From assembly GCA_016179955.1 (NCBI GenBank), contig JACPCD010000016.1:24206-68048 (forward strand): a DNA stretch of 43,843 nt. The letters run 5' to 3'. Below are positions 8,407-18,169 of the stretch, one piece after another (position 1 is the stretch's first letter; the number at the start of each line of letters is the position of its first letter). A program made the translations under genes and the position numbers. Below the pieces are notes generated by a model. The model was not told the DNA's origin. It saw nothing but the letters and a program-made list of their open reading frames with translations, and made no database searches. Source of the DNA: Candidatus Woesearchaeota archaeon (GTDB taxonomy: Archaea; Nanobdellota; Nanobdellia; Woesearchaeales; GW2011-AR9).

Positions 8407-10068
8407 ATGACTTTATACGAATTGATCAAGAACCACCAGCACCGCCAGCGATTGGAAGAAATCCTCAGCGTCTTTGCCGAGCAGGAATTCGGCTACCTCA
8501 TCTCCAAGATAAAACTCCATCACCATCTGCCATTTACCAAAAGGCTAAGGGCACGCATTGCCTTGGAAAAAAAGACTGATATGCCGGTGCGGCTGCGCCA
8601 GGCGTTTGAACAGTTGGGGCCTACGTTCATCAAATTCGGGCAACTCTTGTCGTTACGGCCAGATTTAGTTCCGCCAGCGTACGTTGCTGAGTTCGAGAAG
8701 ATGCAGGATCATGTTCCGGAATTCCCATTTGCCCAGGCCCAAGAGATCATTGAAAAGGAATGCCACCAGCCTTTACATAAAATCTTTACTTCATTTTCCA
8801 AGACGCCGATTGCCTCTGCGTCAATGGCCCAGGTCTACAAAGCAAAGCTTGGAAACAAGATAGTAGCAGTGAAAGTACAGCGGCCGAACATTAAGGCCAT
8901 TATCAACACCGATATAGAGTTAATGTATAAAATAGCCGACTTGCTGGAGTATCACATTCCAGACCTGAAAGAGTACCATCTCAAATCCATCGTCCATGAA
9001 TTTGAGAGATGGACCATCAAAGAACTGAACTTCCGCATTGAAGCGCACTATGCCCAGAAAATTGCCCGGAACTTTAAAGGCAGCGCCATCCTTAAAATTC
9101 CGGAAGTCTACCCTGCTTTAAGCACTGATAAAGTAATGGTGATGGAATACATTGAAGGCATCCCGTTACATGATATCGCTCAACTTCAGAAAAATAATAT
9201 CAACTTGAAGAGAATCTTCCGCCAGGGCTATGAAATTTTTATCAAGCAATTCTTCATTGACGGCGTGTTCCATGCCGATCCTCACCCCGGCAACATTCTG
9301 ATCCTGAAGAACGGGAAAATTGCGCTGATAGATTTTGGCATCGTGGGCTATTTTGACCGGAAATTGCAAGAACAAACGTTAGATTTAGTGCGGGCCATCG
9401 TCAGCACAGATTACGAAGCTGCTACGGCCGTAATCCTCAAGATGAGTTCGGCAGAAGACGTCGATCGGAAGGCTTTCGAAGCCGATATCAAGCAAGTATT
9501 TGAACAGCTGCAATACACGTCCGTGCAGGATATCCAGCTCAGCCAGACCCTGCGGGATCTTACTACTATTATCAACAAGCACCACCTGAGCATTCCCCTG
9601 GAATTCGTGCTGTTTGAGAAAACCATTATCACGCTGGAAGGAACCGCCTTGAGGTACCAGCCAGAATTTAATTTCCTACGTGAAACTAAAACCATCTTAG
9701 ACAAATTACTGGATCGGGCCTATTTTGCCGCTCAAGCTATCCATAAGACCAAACATAAATTATCGGAATACAAGGAGTTGCTGGAAAATTTCCCGGAGAC
9801 GGCAACGGAGATCTTAGAGAAAGCACGGAAATTTAAGGTTAATATTGAAATCGATGATGCTGAAGTCCGCGGCCTTACCCAGGAGATTGAGCGCTCGTCG
9901 GGGAATTTGGCATTAGGGATCATTATTGCGGCCCTGATTATGGGGTCCGCTACCATCATGCAAATCTCCTATACTTCCTACGTGCCCATTATGGGGTTTA
10001 CGCTCGCCAGCATGTTATCATTATGGCTGATCCATCGCACCATTTTCAAGCAAATATACCTGAGGTGA
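8407..10068 (+). CDS. ABC1/UbiB/AarF-family atypical kinase
   Basis: LGPTFIKFGQ.LS.RPD, ASASMAQVYKA, VKVQRP, MEYIEG, HADPHPGN, IDFG, C-terminal transmembrane helices. Confidence 0.95.
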   Translation: MTLYELIKNHQHRQRLEEILSVFAEQEFGYLISKIKLHHHLPFTKRLRARIALEKKTDMPVRLRQAFEQLGPTFIKFGQLLSLRPDLVPPAYVAEFEKMQDHVPEFPFAQAQEIIEKECHQPLHKIFTSFSKTPIASASMAQVYKAKLGNKIVAVKVQRPNIKAIINTDIELMYKIADLLEYHIPDLKEYHLKSIVHEFERWTIKELNFRIEAHYAQKIARNFKGSAILKIPEVYPALSTDKVMVMEYIEGIPLHDIAQLQKNNINLKRIFRQGYEIFIKQFFIDGVFHADPHPGNILILKNGKIALIDFGIVGYFDRKLQEQTLDLVRAIVSTDYEAATAVILKMSSAEDVDRKAFEADIKQVFEQLQYTSVQDIQLSQTLRDLTTIINKHHLSIPLEFVLFEKTIITLEGTALRYQPEFNFLRETKTILDKLLDRAYFAAQAIHKTKHKLSEYKELLENFPETATEILEKARKFKVNIEIDDAEVRGLTQEIERSSGNLALGIIIAALIMGSATIMQISYTSYVPIMGFTLASMLSLWLIHRTIFKQIYLR

Positions 10069-10074
10069 ACAAAG

Positions 10075-10320
10075 ATGAATTACAAAAAAATAGTACGGCA
10101 GGGAGCATTGTTAGGGTTAGGAGTGGCAGCTTATGCCAAAGAAGAAGCAGAGAAATTAGGCCGAGAACTGCTGAAAGGCGGACACGTGAACAGCAACGAA
10201 GGCAAGAAATTAGTCCGGGCCATCTATAAAGAAGCAGATACTTCTCGCAGGAACATTACCAACGCGGTAGAGAAAGAACTGAAGCGGTTGGTGAACACCA
10301 GTAAAGGAAAGAAGCGGTAA
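10075..10320 (+). CDS. Small phasin-like amphipathic protein
   Basis: LLGLG.A...KE.AEK...EL.K.G.....EGK pattern resembles phasin-family proteins found beside UbiB-like kinases; SD-like GAGGTGA upstream. Confidence 0.65.
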   Translation: MNYKKIVRQGALLGLGVAAYAKEEAEKLGRELLKGGHVNSNEGKKLVRAIYKEADTSRRNITNAVEKELKRLVNTSKGKKR

Positions 10321-10342
10321 AAAAGCTCAGTGTCGAACGGGC

Positions 10343-10531
10343 TTATTGCTCTTTTTTCTTCAGCCGGGTCATGTAGCCCGCGACGATATTCCGTAGTTTC
10401 TTGCTGGAGATGCTGGCATAACTATTCGTCAGCTGCTTGTTCTGAGAGAAATCGGTGGCGAACTTATCGCCGTGCTTTTTCAGCAGCTCTTTGGTCTTGC
10501 GCTTGATTAAGGTGGTTTTAATTCGGCCCAT
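10343..10531 (-). CDS. rps17e: 30S ribosomal protein S17e
   Basis: MGRIKT..IKR...F..DF..NK......SKKLRN.VAGY.TR. Confidence 0.96.
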   Translation of the reverse strand: MGRIKTTLIKRKTKELLKKHGDKFATDFSQNKQLTNSYASISSKKLRNIVAGYMTRLKKKEQ

Positions 10532-10654
10532 TATAGCCTATGGGAAGGGGGTCTTTTTATAAACATTTTGGTTCAGGACCAGTTCCCGCTACCCCCAGTC
10601 TCCCCAGTATACCTTTTCGTAATATTTATATAGTAATCTCCACTTTAATGATAT

Positions 10655-11053
10655 ATGGTTATCCTCGTAGACCAGTTCAATCTGCCGGACGATATTTACA
10701 AAGTCATCTTCGCCACCGAACAGCAGGAGGTGGTAGGGAAGATGCTGACGGAATACATGTGGAAGAACGGCGGAGAGATTGGCAAGACCGAGATGAGCTT
10801 ATTTGCCACGGCCCTGCATGAAGGAAAAGCTGTCATTAAAGAAAAAGGCAAATCGCCGCTGGACAAAGAGACCAGGATTTCGTACAACAAGCGACAGTTT
10901 TACGATAGAATCCTTACGCCGATGCGCGGGATGGGGTTGATTGATTACGATTTATATAAGAAAACCTATAAGATTTCTGATCGGTTCAATAAGCTGATGA
11001 TCAGGATAGGGTTGATGTGGCTGAGGGAAGTGGAGAAAGGAAAGAGGAAGTAA
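10655..11053 (+). CDS. Hypothetical protein, possibly winged-helix
   Basis: 132-aa ORF after a TATA-like TTTATATA; FY..IL..M..MGLI.Y.....Y.IS pattern resembles a wHTH wing. Confidence 0.7.
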   Translation: MVILVDQFNLPDDIYKVIFATEQQEVVGKMLTEYMWKNGGEIGKTEMSLFATALHEGKAVIKEKGKSPLDKETRISYNKRQFYDRILTPMRGMGLIDYDLYKKTYKISDRFNKLMIRIGLMWLREVEKGKRK

Positions 11054-11074
11054 AAAGTCTAAGAACTATATCCA

Positions 11075-11341
11075 TTATTTCTTCAGATAGTCAAGTTCTT
11101 CCAATAACCTTTGATACATTTTGAGATACCCAGTGCATTTATTGAGAAGCAGTTGTATCTCCTCTCCATTGCTCAATAAGGAACCAAGATCTTCCGGATT
11201 CCTGATCAAAAGCGTCTGGCAGGACTCTAGATGATGTGTCATCTGACAATATGCTTCGTGAAGATCATTCACGAGGGAGGAAATTTCCTGTTCTTTCTCG
11301 TTTATCCTTTCCGGATTTGTTTTCCTGGTGAATAGGCCCAT
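11075..11341 (-). CDS. Hypothetical helical protein
   Basis: 88-aa ORF filling the gap downstream of metK; amphipathic helical composition. Confidence 0.6.
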   Translation of the reverse strand: MGLFTRKTNPERINEKEQEISSLVNDLHEAYCQMTHHLESCQTLLIRNPEDLGSLLSNGEEIQLLLNKCTGYLKMYQRLLEELDYLKK

Positions 11342-11375
11342 AAGTTACAATCAGTTAAGAAGCAAGCACGTAAAA

Positions 11376-12563
11376 CTACCTCCTCACTTCCACCACCAGC
11401 CCATTGGCTTGCTGCTTCAACAATTCCACTTTGTCGGTTCTCTCCCACGTAAAATCTGGATCATTGCGGCCAAAATGGCCATACGCTGCAGTCTTACGGT
11501 AAATTGGCCGACGCAACTGCAATTGCTCAATGATGGCTTTAGGACGGAAATCAAAATTTGTACGGACGAGGTCCACGATTTTCTCATCGGCAACTTTACC
11601 AGTGCCAAAGGTATTGACTAAAATGCTGACAGGCTGGGCAACGCCAATGGCATAGGCTACTTGAATCTCGCATTTTGCCGCGAGTCCGGCAGCGACGATG
11701 TTCTTGGCGACATATCTGCCATAATAACAGGCGGAGCGGTCTACTTTACTGGGATCTTTCCCGGAAAAGGCACCGCCGCCATGTCTCCCTTGGCCTCCAT
11801 AGGTATCAACGATAATCTTACGGCCAGTTACTCCCGCATCGCCTACGGGACCGCCAATCACGAACTTCCCGGTAGGGTTAATGAAATATTTGGTCTCGCC
11901 ATCAATCCACTCTTGGCAAATGGGCTTGATTATTTTTTCCACGATGTCCCGGCGAATGGTTTCTAAATTAACGTCTGGATGATGCTGGGTAGAAATAATG
12001 ACCGTATCCACGCGCTTCGGCCGGCCATTTTCATACTGAACGGTTACCTGGGACTTCCCATCTGGACGTAGATACCATATTTCCCCCCGCTTTCTCGCGG
12101 AGGCCAACCGTTGCGTTAACTTATGCGCTAAGATGATGGGCAAAGGCATGTATTCCGGCGTTTCATTGGTGGCGTAGCCAAACATCAATCCTTGATCACC
12201 GGCTCCCTGCTCCTGATAGAGGCCTTCGCCTTCATTGACGCCTTGGGCAATGTCGGGAGATTGCCCGGAAAGAGCAACCAATACGCCGCAGGTGGAGCCT
12301 TCAAACCCATAGTCCGGCTTGTCATATCCAATCTCTAAGATTGTTTCCCGGGCAATTTTCTGAACATCAACATACGTAGACGTAGTTACTTCCCCCGCCA
12401 CGACCACAAAGCCCGTCTTGGTCAAACATTCGATGGCCACCCGGGCGGTGGGATCCTCTTTAATAATGGCATCCAGTATCGCATCGGCAATCTGGTCGCA
12501 TATCTTGTCGGGGTGCCCTTCCGTTACACTTTCGCTGGTAAACAAATAATTTCCGTCGCTCAT
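11376..12563 (-). CDS. metK: S-adenosylmethionine synthetase, bacterial/eukaryotic type
   Basis: [62 protein letters not shown]. Confidence 0.98.
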   Translation of the reverse strand: MSDGNYLFTSESVTEGHPDKICDQIADAILDAIIKEDPTARVAIECLTKTGFVVVAGEVTTSTYVDVQKIARETILEIGYDKPDYGFEGSTCGVLVALSGQSPDIAQGVNEGEGLYQEQGAGDQGLMFGYATNETPEYMPLPIILAHKLTQRLASARKRGEIWYLRPDGKSQVTVQYENGRPKRVDTVIISTQHHPDVNLETIRRDIVEKIIKPICQEWIDGETKYFINPTGKFVIGGPVGDAGVTGRKIIVDTYGGQGRHGGGAFSGKDPSKVDRSACYYGRYVAKNIVAAGLAAKCEIQVAYAIGVAQPVSILVNTFGTGKVADEKIVDLVRTNFDFRPKAIIEQLQLRRPIYRKTAAYGHFGRNDPDFTWERTDKVELLKQQANGLVVEVRR

Positions 12564-12611
12564 TTTTTTGTACCTCTCTTGTATTTTTTCTCTCGTAGTT
12601 TTATGTTCAAA

Positions 12612-12869
12612 TTAATCGTAGATTGGAATCACTGTTCTTTGACCTGGAGGCGGGGAAGTCCTAAAGTACAATGGAAATTCGTGCCGTACTTTTTGGTATC
12701 CTTCCGCAAGCAGCGCATCGTCTGGATGCTCGGCATAGACTTCTTCAAGTACTCCAATGACATAATCCAGCCGAGCTGAACCACTCAATCCCTCAAAGAT
12801 TCCCTGATCAAGGCGTGGTGCAACCAAAGGGTGCTGCAATACATCAGAAACCAAACCACTGTTCGTCAT
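12612..12869 (-). CDS. Hypothetical protein
   Basis: Protein-like ORF; likely start MTNSG at 12869, downstream of a TATA-like TTTATATA. Confidence 0.55.
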   Translation of the reverse strand: MTNSGLVSDVLQHPLVAPRLDQGIFEGLSGSARLDYVIGVLEEVYAEHPDDALLAEGYQKVRHEFPLYFRTSPPPGQRTVIPIYD

Positions 12870-13007
12870 GGACCTACCAAATGGCGGGAGGTATATAAAG
12901 AATCTTGACAATAATATTCCAATAAGAATATTTGTACCACAAAATATTAATAGGAGTTATTTATTACAGGGGGTATTCGGCGGATTAATAGTACCGCTGG
13001 GGGAACC

Positions 13008-13562
13008 ATGGGCATCCATTCATTAACCGACATCAAGAGCCTGCGCAAAAAGTACCATCTGAACCAGAAAGAGCTGGCGCAGCGAGCCAATGTTTCCCAG
13101 AGCTTAATTGCCAAGATTGAAGCGGGAATGGTTGATCCTTCGTTTACCAAAGCCCAGCAGATCTTTGAGGTGCTTCACCACCTGCGGGAAAAGGAAGAGT
13201 TAAAAGCCAGGGAAGTGATGCGGACTAAAGTCCTGTTTGCCCAGGGCAGCGATGCTCTTCGAGAGGTCATCAAAACTATGAAAAGTAAAGGGATATCACA
13301 GATGCCGGTGCTGATGAATGAAAAGGTTGCGGGATTGATTACGGAAGGAACAATTCTGAGGCATCTGGCAGAAAATCCAGAGAAGATCAAGAGATTAAAA
13401 GTGGGGGAGGTGATGGAAGAAACCCCCCCCATCGTCACGGTGAAGACCGGGATGAGGGTATTATTAGAACTGCTCCGAGAGCATCCCATTATCCTGGTAG
13501 CAGAGCGGGGAGAAATCAAAGGCTTGATATCAAAAACGGATTTGCTAGGAAGGGTGGAATAA
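13008..13562 (+). CDS. XRE-type HTH + tandem CBS domain transcriptional regulator
   Basis: LRKK..LNQKELAQRANVSQSLIAKIEAG.VDP HTH; CBS pair (ISQMPV...GLITE; GLISKTDLL). Confidence 0.93.
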   Translation: MGIHSLTDIKSLRKKYHLNQKELAQRANVSQSLIAKIEAGMVDPSFTKAQQIFEVLHHLREKEELKAREVMRTKVLFAQGSDALREVIKTMKSKGISQMPVLMNEKVAGLITEGTILRHLAENPEKIKRLKVGEVMEETPPIVTVKTGMRVLLELLREHPIILVAERGEIKGLISKTDLLGRVE

Positions 13563-13608
13563 AAATTTAAAACACTAAAAAATAATATATTCTTTAAAAT
13601 GAATCAAC

Positions 13609-14472
13609 TCACTCTTTACTCGCCTGGAACGCCAGAATATCTTTAGTGCTGAGCTTCTTGCCTTTCTTCAATTTTTCCTGCACTTCCGCTTTCTTCTGCT
13701 CGACGATATGCTGGAAACTCTGGCCTTCGTCCTCTTTAAACTTCTTCGCCAACTCATTCACTCTCTTCAAAAGCTCTTCCCCTTTCTTTCGCAGCGCTTC
13801 ACACTGCTGCTTCAGACCAAGATACTTCTCTCGCAGCGGCTTTTCCTCCGCACGGGCTTTCTTCAGCTGCTCGTACAACCCCTTTAATTCCTCATGCTTC
13901 TGCTGGGATTGCTGCGCGATGGCTTGAAGGTTCCGGTGCGTTTCCTCCGCGGCCTGCCGCGTATGGGAAAACTCTGCTGAAAGCGCCGAAGATTCTTTCC
14001 ACAGCCGATCCAGCTGCTCGATTTTTTTATATTGAACCTTAAGCTCTTTAATGCGCTTGGTAAGCTTCTGCTCCTCTGAGAAAGGCATCACTTCCGTTTC
14101 GATGGCCCGCTCCATGGCCGCAATCTGGGCCTTGAGGCGCGCGGGATTTTCAGGCCGTGCCATCTTGTGGGTTATTTCTTCTTTTTGCTGTGCGACTTGT
14201 TTCTTTTCACCGGCTTTTTCTTTCACTGCCTGATTCAGCTTTTCCCGCTCACCCTTCAGCGATTTGACCTGGGTAGTAAATGTATCCCGTTCTTCTTTAC
14301 ATTTCTTGATGGTCTCAATAAGCTGGTGCAAGCTGCTTTGAAATTCCTTCAGCTGCTGATAGGCTTTTTCTTTGTCAATAGAAAGAGCTGTAAACTGAGA
14401 ACGGAGCACGGACAAGTCTTTCTTTCCCTGCTGGAATTCCGCTCGTGATTCTTTTGATTCCGTGTCGTCCAT
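13609..14472 (-). CDS. Archaeal coiled-coil protein (COG1340-like)
   Basis: Long heptad-rich K/E/Q sequence, IET..M.F.EE, C-terminal LKKGKKLST.D. Confidence 0.8.
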   Translation of the reverse strand: MDDTESKESRAEFQQGKKDLSVLRSQFTALSIDKEKAYQQLKEFQSSLHQLIETIKKCKEERDTFTTQVKSLKGEREKLNQAVKEKAGEKKQVAQQKEEITHKMARPENPARLKAQIAAMERAIETEVMPFSEEQKLTKRIKELKVQYKKIEQLDRLWKESSALSAEFSHTRQAAEETHRNLQAIAQQSQQKHEELKGLYEQLKKARAEEKPLREKYLGLKQQCEALRKKGEELLKRVNELAKKFKEDEGQSFQHIVEQKKAEVQEKLKKGKKLSTKDILAFQASKE

Positions 14473-14528
14473 GCTGTCCCTACAGAAAAATAAAAGAAGA
14501 AAAAATAAAAAACAATCAACACCGGGCC

Positions 14529-14846
14529 TTATCCGAACAGGGCCCCCAGGCCAGCGGCGGCAGCTTCTTCTGCTTTCTTCTCATCTTCTTTTGATTTTTC
14601 TTCCTTCTTCTTGCCTTCCTCAGCAGCTTTCGGCGGCGCAGCGGCTGGAGCAGCTGCTACGGGTGCAGCGACGGCAGCTTTCTTGATAGCGTCGTCAATA
14701 TTGACGCCATGAAGAGCTGCCACTAAAGCTTTTACTCTCGCTTCATCGACAGCAACCCCGGCAGCCGTAAGCACTTTTTTCACGGCATCTTCGGTGATCT
14801 GTTTCCCTGCTTTGTGAAGCAACATTGCACTGTAGACGTATTCCAT
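14529..14846 (-). CDS. rpl12p: 50S ribosomal stalk protein P1 (L12p)
   Basis: [15 protein letters not shown], Ala/Pro hinge, C-terminal [10 protein letters not shown]. Confidence 0.97.
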   Translation of the reverse strand: MEYVYSAMLLHKAGKQITEDAVKKVLTAAGVAVDEARVKALVAALHGVNIDDAIKKAAVAAPVAAAPAAAPPKAAEEGKKKEEKSKEDEKKAEEAAAAGLGALFG

Positions 14847-14866
14847 GGTTTATACCTCCGTTAATC

Positions 14867-15943
14867 TTATTTTGTACCTCGTAGCGTGCCTTCTTTCTGC
14901 ATTTTTGCTAGGAGGTGCTGAGCTTCATCTCCGGTAACGGTTCCTTGTTTGGGGTGAGATTTTGAATGAGGATCATGTTCCACATAGGCATGCACGTCTT
15001 TGAGCGGTGACGGAAGATCTTTATGGGAGGAGGAAGCAGAAGTGCTTAGTGGTGGAGCTGTTGAAGAGACTAGCTCGGGTGGATGAACTGGCTTATCGGG
15101 AATTTCCAGGTGAGCTTCTTCTTGTAATGATAACGCTTGAGATTCCGCTTTCGCTAAAACTTCCCCGGCAGTAAGATCAGTTAAAATATCCTGCTCTAAC
15201 GCCAATGCTTTAGCGTCGCGGAAGGCCTTTTGCAGCAGCATTTCGGTGGTATCGGCAGTACAATAGGCTGCCTCTACCGCCAGGTTGATAGCCCATTGAG
15301 CCGCCAGGATAAAGTTATTCTCATACTCTGCTTCGTCAATGTGCAGCTGTTTCGCGCCAAAGATAAACCCATTTTCCCACACCACCACCAGGTCCAAGCC
15401 AATTTCCATTGGCCGGATGTCCAGCCGCTTCAACGTTTCGGCTACTTTCTCGGAGATCACCTGGCCTTCTTTGACAATAATGGCATCCTGCAAAATAGCA
15501 AGTTTACCCTGGTCAACTTTGGTTTTGATCCCCACTGCCGCAAGTTCTGAAATAATCGGCCCCGGCGCAAAACTCGTTGGCCCAGCTTTTACCATTATAT
15601 CTTTGGGCGCAGTTTGTCCTGCCTTTGCCGGCGCCTCTGACTTATTTTTTTGGATGATGGAATATAACGTAAAGGGATTGTCCTGGCTGAAAAGCAAGGC
15701 GGGCATGCCCTTAAGCTGCTCCGCTAACTGCTGGATATTTTTTTTGGTGGACTGCTGCAGGGCCCGCTGCAATAATCTTTTCCGGGCCATGACGATGGTA
15801 ACTTTTTTTGCCCGCAAAGTAGTACGCATAGTCTGCAGCTGCGGCGCCGGCAGGTTCTGCATGTTCACCAAGCCCACAATGGGGGAGCGTTCTATTTCCT
15901 GTACCAACTGTTGTACAAACTGTTTCTTGGTTTCGCTGACCAT
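14867..15943 (-). CDS. rplP0: 50S ribosomal protein L10/P0 with atypical C-terminal tail
   Basis: APAKAGQ.AP.DI.V.AGPT.F.PGP.ISEL, LDI.PMEIGL; located between L1 and P1. Confidence 0.95.
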   Translation of the reverse strand: MVSETKKQFVQQLVQEIERSPIVGLVNMQNLPAPQLQTMRTTLRAKKVTIVMARKRLLQRALQQSTKKNIQQLAEQLKGMPALLFSQDNPFTLYSIIQKNKSEAPAKAGQTAPKDIMVKAGPTSFAPGPIISELAAVGIKTKVDQGKLAILQDAIIVKEGQVISEKVAETLKRLDIRPMEIGLDLVVVWENGFIFGAKQLHIDEAEYENNFILAAQWAINLAVEAAYCTADTTEMLLQKAFRDAKALALEQDILTDLTAGEVLAKAESQALSLQEEAHLEIPDKPVHPPELVSSTAPPLSTSASSSHKDLPSPLKDVHAYVEHDPHSKSHPKQGTVTGDEAQHLLAKMQKEGTLRGTK

Positions 15944-15945
15944 GG

Positions 15946-16584
15946 TTAGGATATCCTGACGGGCTTGCCCATCGTCAATTTGAGGCTGATGTTCTTGATA
16001 TTCTGTGATTCTTCCGGAAGCTGCTTTAGTGCAGTTTCATACACGGCGAGAATATTCTCGATTATCTGGTCTTCAGGCTGATCTTGTTTTCCGACCATGC
16101 ACTGCAGATTGGCCCCTTTCTTGGCCTGCAGCCGGACGGTTAACCGCAACTTTTTGGCGAGCGCTTCAAGATTGGCATTAGGGGGGACGACACAGCCTAA
16201 TTTAGGATTAGGCATTTTTCCCTTGACGCCTAACGATTTCCCGAAGGTTCCAGCTAATTTTCCCATAAGGTTAGCCTGGGCAATGAAATAATCATAACTT
16301 TCCGCCAACTGCTTGGCTTTCTTTTTGTCATAGGCTGCAAATTCAGATTCTTTAATCACCAGGTCGCAGAATTTAGTAGCTGCTTCCGATAATTCCTGAG
16401 CGACAAAAGCAGCGATTTTAATGGTTTTGCCTTTCGGATGGCGTAAGGTGACGAAGAAATCAACCGGACTGCTCTTGATGACGATATTCTTAAGATTGAT
16501 GATTAAATCGTAAGATTGGACAAACTTCTTCTGGGGCTGTTGTTTGAGTTCAGTTAATGCTTTCTGAATTTGTTCTTTATCCAT
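15946..16584 (-). CDS. rpl1: 50S ribosomal protein L1
   Basis: KFVQSYDLIINLK, YDYFIAQA.LM, LG.KGKMP.P, KLTMGKP. Confidence 0.95.
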   Translation of the reverse strand: MDKEQIQKALTELKQQPQKKFVQSYDLIINLKNIVIKSSPVDFFVTLRHPKGKTIKIAAFVAQELSEAATKFCDLVIKESEFAAYDKKKAKQLAESYDYFIAQANLMGKLAGTFGKSLGVKGKMPNPKLGCVVPPNANLEALAKKLRLTVRLQAKKGANLQCMVGKQDQPEDQIIENILAVYETALKQLPEESQNIKNISLKLTMGKPVRIS

Positions 16585-16667
16585 ACGCTCCTCCTACTGC
16601 AAGAGTAGTGCAAACGGTAGAAGCGTGGGAAGGGGGCGTATTTATAAAGATTTCGGGCAGGAAGACT

Positions 16668-16970
16668 TCATTCTTCAGGTTCTTTTTCTTTTCCCTCTTT
16701 AACATCTTTCGCCGCTTTCTTGAAAGCCTCGACTTGTTTCTCGCTTAAGGTGCGGTTGCGCAGGTAGAATTCCTTGATATTGCGCAGGAACTGGCTTTTT
16801 CGATAGATTTCATCCGAAAGATTGAGAAATTTATATTTGGCATCAGTTATTTCTTCGCTGATCCGCTTCATCTGGCAGTCTTCACATACCGGGAATTGGC
16901 GGAAGGACAGGATAACTGCCATATTCTTCTTGCATAAGGCGCACTTCTTTTTGAATTTCCGGCGGAACAT
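16668..16970 (-). CDS. Small Zn-ribbon hypothetical protein
   Basis: CALC...CEDC pair; likely start MFRRK at 16970. Confidence 0.65.
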   Translation of the reverse strand: MFRRKFKKKCALCKKNMAVILSFRQFPVCEDCQMKRISEEITDAKYKFLNLSDEIYRKSQFLRNIKEFYLRNRTLSEKQVEAFKKAAKDVKEGKEKEPEE

Positions 16971-17030
16971 AAGATTAAGGGTTTGAATGGTGTTTATTAA
17001 GGTTTGGGAGGAAAAAATATCTCCCACCCT

Positions 17031-17282
17031 CTAAATTTTCTTCAGAATTTCTTTTCCTTTACTAGTGACTTGGTATAATTTCCCTATCCTGTCTTTAGGA
17101 TTAAGACACTTTACCAAACTTTTCTGTTCAAGCTCTAATAAAGTTCTTCTTACATGGGTTCTATATAATCCGCTTCCTACATGAAGCTCTGCTTGAGACT
17201 TCTCTTTATCTATAAGAAGCCTAAGAATCTTCAATCTGTTCTTTGATCTTTTTACAAAGGCCACCCAATAGATATCCACCAT
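17031..17282 (-). CDS. Winged-helix (ArsR/MarR-like) transcriptional regulator
   Basis: RS.NRLKIL..L...S..EL......THVRRTL.EL....LV.C......GKLY..T.KG. Confidence 0.85.
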   Translation of the reverse strand: MVDIYWVAFVKRSKNRLKILRLLIDKEKSQAELHVGSGLYRTHVRRTLLELEQKSLVKCLNPKDRIGKLYQVTSKGKEILKKI

Positions 17283-17284
17283 GT

Positions 17285-17336
17285 GACCATAGTAAGACCA
17301 CTTTGCTTTTAACCGGATAAGACCAAAATGTGACCA
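17285..17336. promoter_or_regulatory. Two pairs of GACCA direct repeats with 11-bp spacing (putative operator)
   Basis: GACCA at 17285, 17296, 17321 and 17332, between the divergent wHTH gene and the membrane-protein gene, next to TTTATATA. Confidence 0.55.
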
Positions 17337-17391
17337 AAATGTTTATATAGCTCGGGAAAATGATTGGATTAATATTTAGGGTACTAATCAA

Positions 17392-18159
17392 ATGACTACA
17401 AAAGAAAAACAGGTTCATGAGCATATCCATCATGAAACCCATATGCAAGTTAGGAAAATCGGGGTTTTATTTATCGTTAGTTGGATATTGGGGATTCTAT
17501 TTATTTTTGGAGGAATAAACGGTTTAGTTAAAGGAATGTTTTCAAATATACTTATCATTCTTGGAGGGATAATAATTTTACCTCCTTTTGGAAAATTTAT
17601 TCAGGAAAAGTTTAATATCCAATTAACCGGATGGTTAAAATTTGCCTTATTTTTGATTATGGTAACTGTTGGTATCTCATTAGAAACTACTTCTGGGGAA
17701 AATATTGGATTTGATATTCCTGAAACAACAGGAATCCAACCAACAGAATCTGTTAAGGTAGAGGAAGAAACTACATCTCTACCAATAAAGACAGAAACGG
17801 GAATGATTGCTACAGTCAACAGTGCTAAAAAACAAAATATAATAGGAGATTGTGGGGAACATGGATGGACTTGTGATAAAGCAGATTTTGGAAAGCTATT
17901 TTTAATCATAGATGTAACAGTAGAGAATAAAGGGACAACGGGGTTCATGGCGACTTATATCTCTACTTCTGATTTTAAAATAAAAGATGGTGATGATTAT
18001 GTTTATAGTTCCACTTATACTTCTTTAGGCCAAGAATTCCCTTCTGGTGAGATCCATGACGGCGATAAAGTAAGAGGCAAGATTGCATTTGAAATTCCAG
18101 AAGATGCGAAAAGATTAAAATTAACGTTTAAAGATTCTTCTATTTATTTAGAATCGTGA
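17392..18159 (+). CDS. Membrane-anchored protein with DUF4352-like Ig-fold C-terminal domain
   Basis: Three N-terminal transmembrane helices; FLIIDVTVENKG...F.I.D.D...Y....EI..G.KVRG.IAFEIPED; AT-rich codon usage. Confidence 0.8.
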   Translation: MTTKEKQVHEHIHHETHMQVRKIGVLFIVSWILGILFIFGGINGLVKGMFSNILIILGGIIILPPFGKFIQEKFNIQLTGWLKFALFLIMVTVGISLETTSGENIGFDIPETTGIQPTESVKVEEETTSLPIKTETGMIATVNSAKKQNIIGDCGEHGWTCDKADFGKLFLIIDVTVENKGTTGFMATYISTSDFKIKDGDDYVYSSTYTSLGQEFPSGEIHDGDKVRGKIAFEIPEDAKRLKLTFKDSSIYLES

Positions 18160-18169
18160 GATTGAAATA

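Noticed and set aside
15339-15959. 206-aa plus-strand ORF and the many other antisense ORFs in the track
   Set aside because: They are shadows of well-identified genes on the opposite strand (here P0) and carry no motifs of their own.
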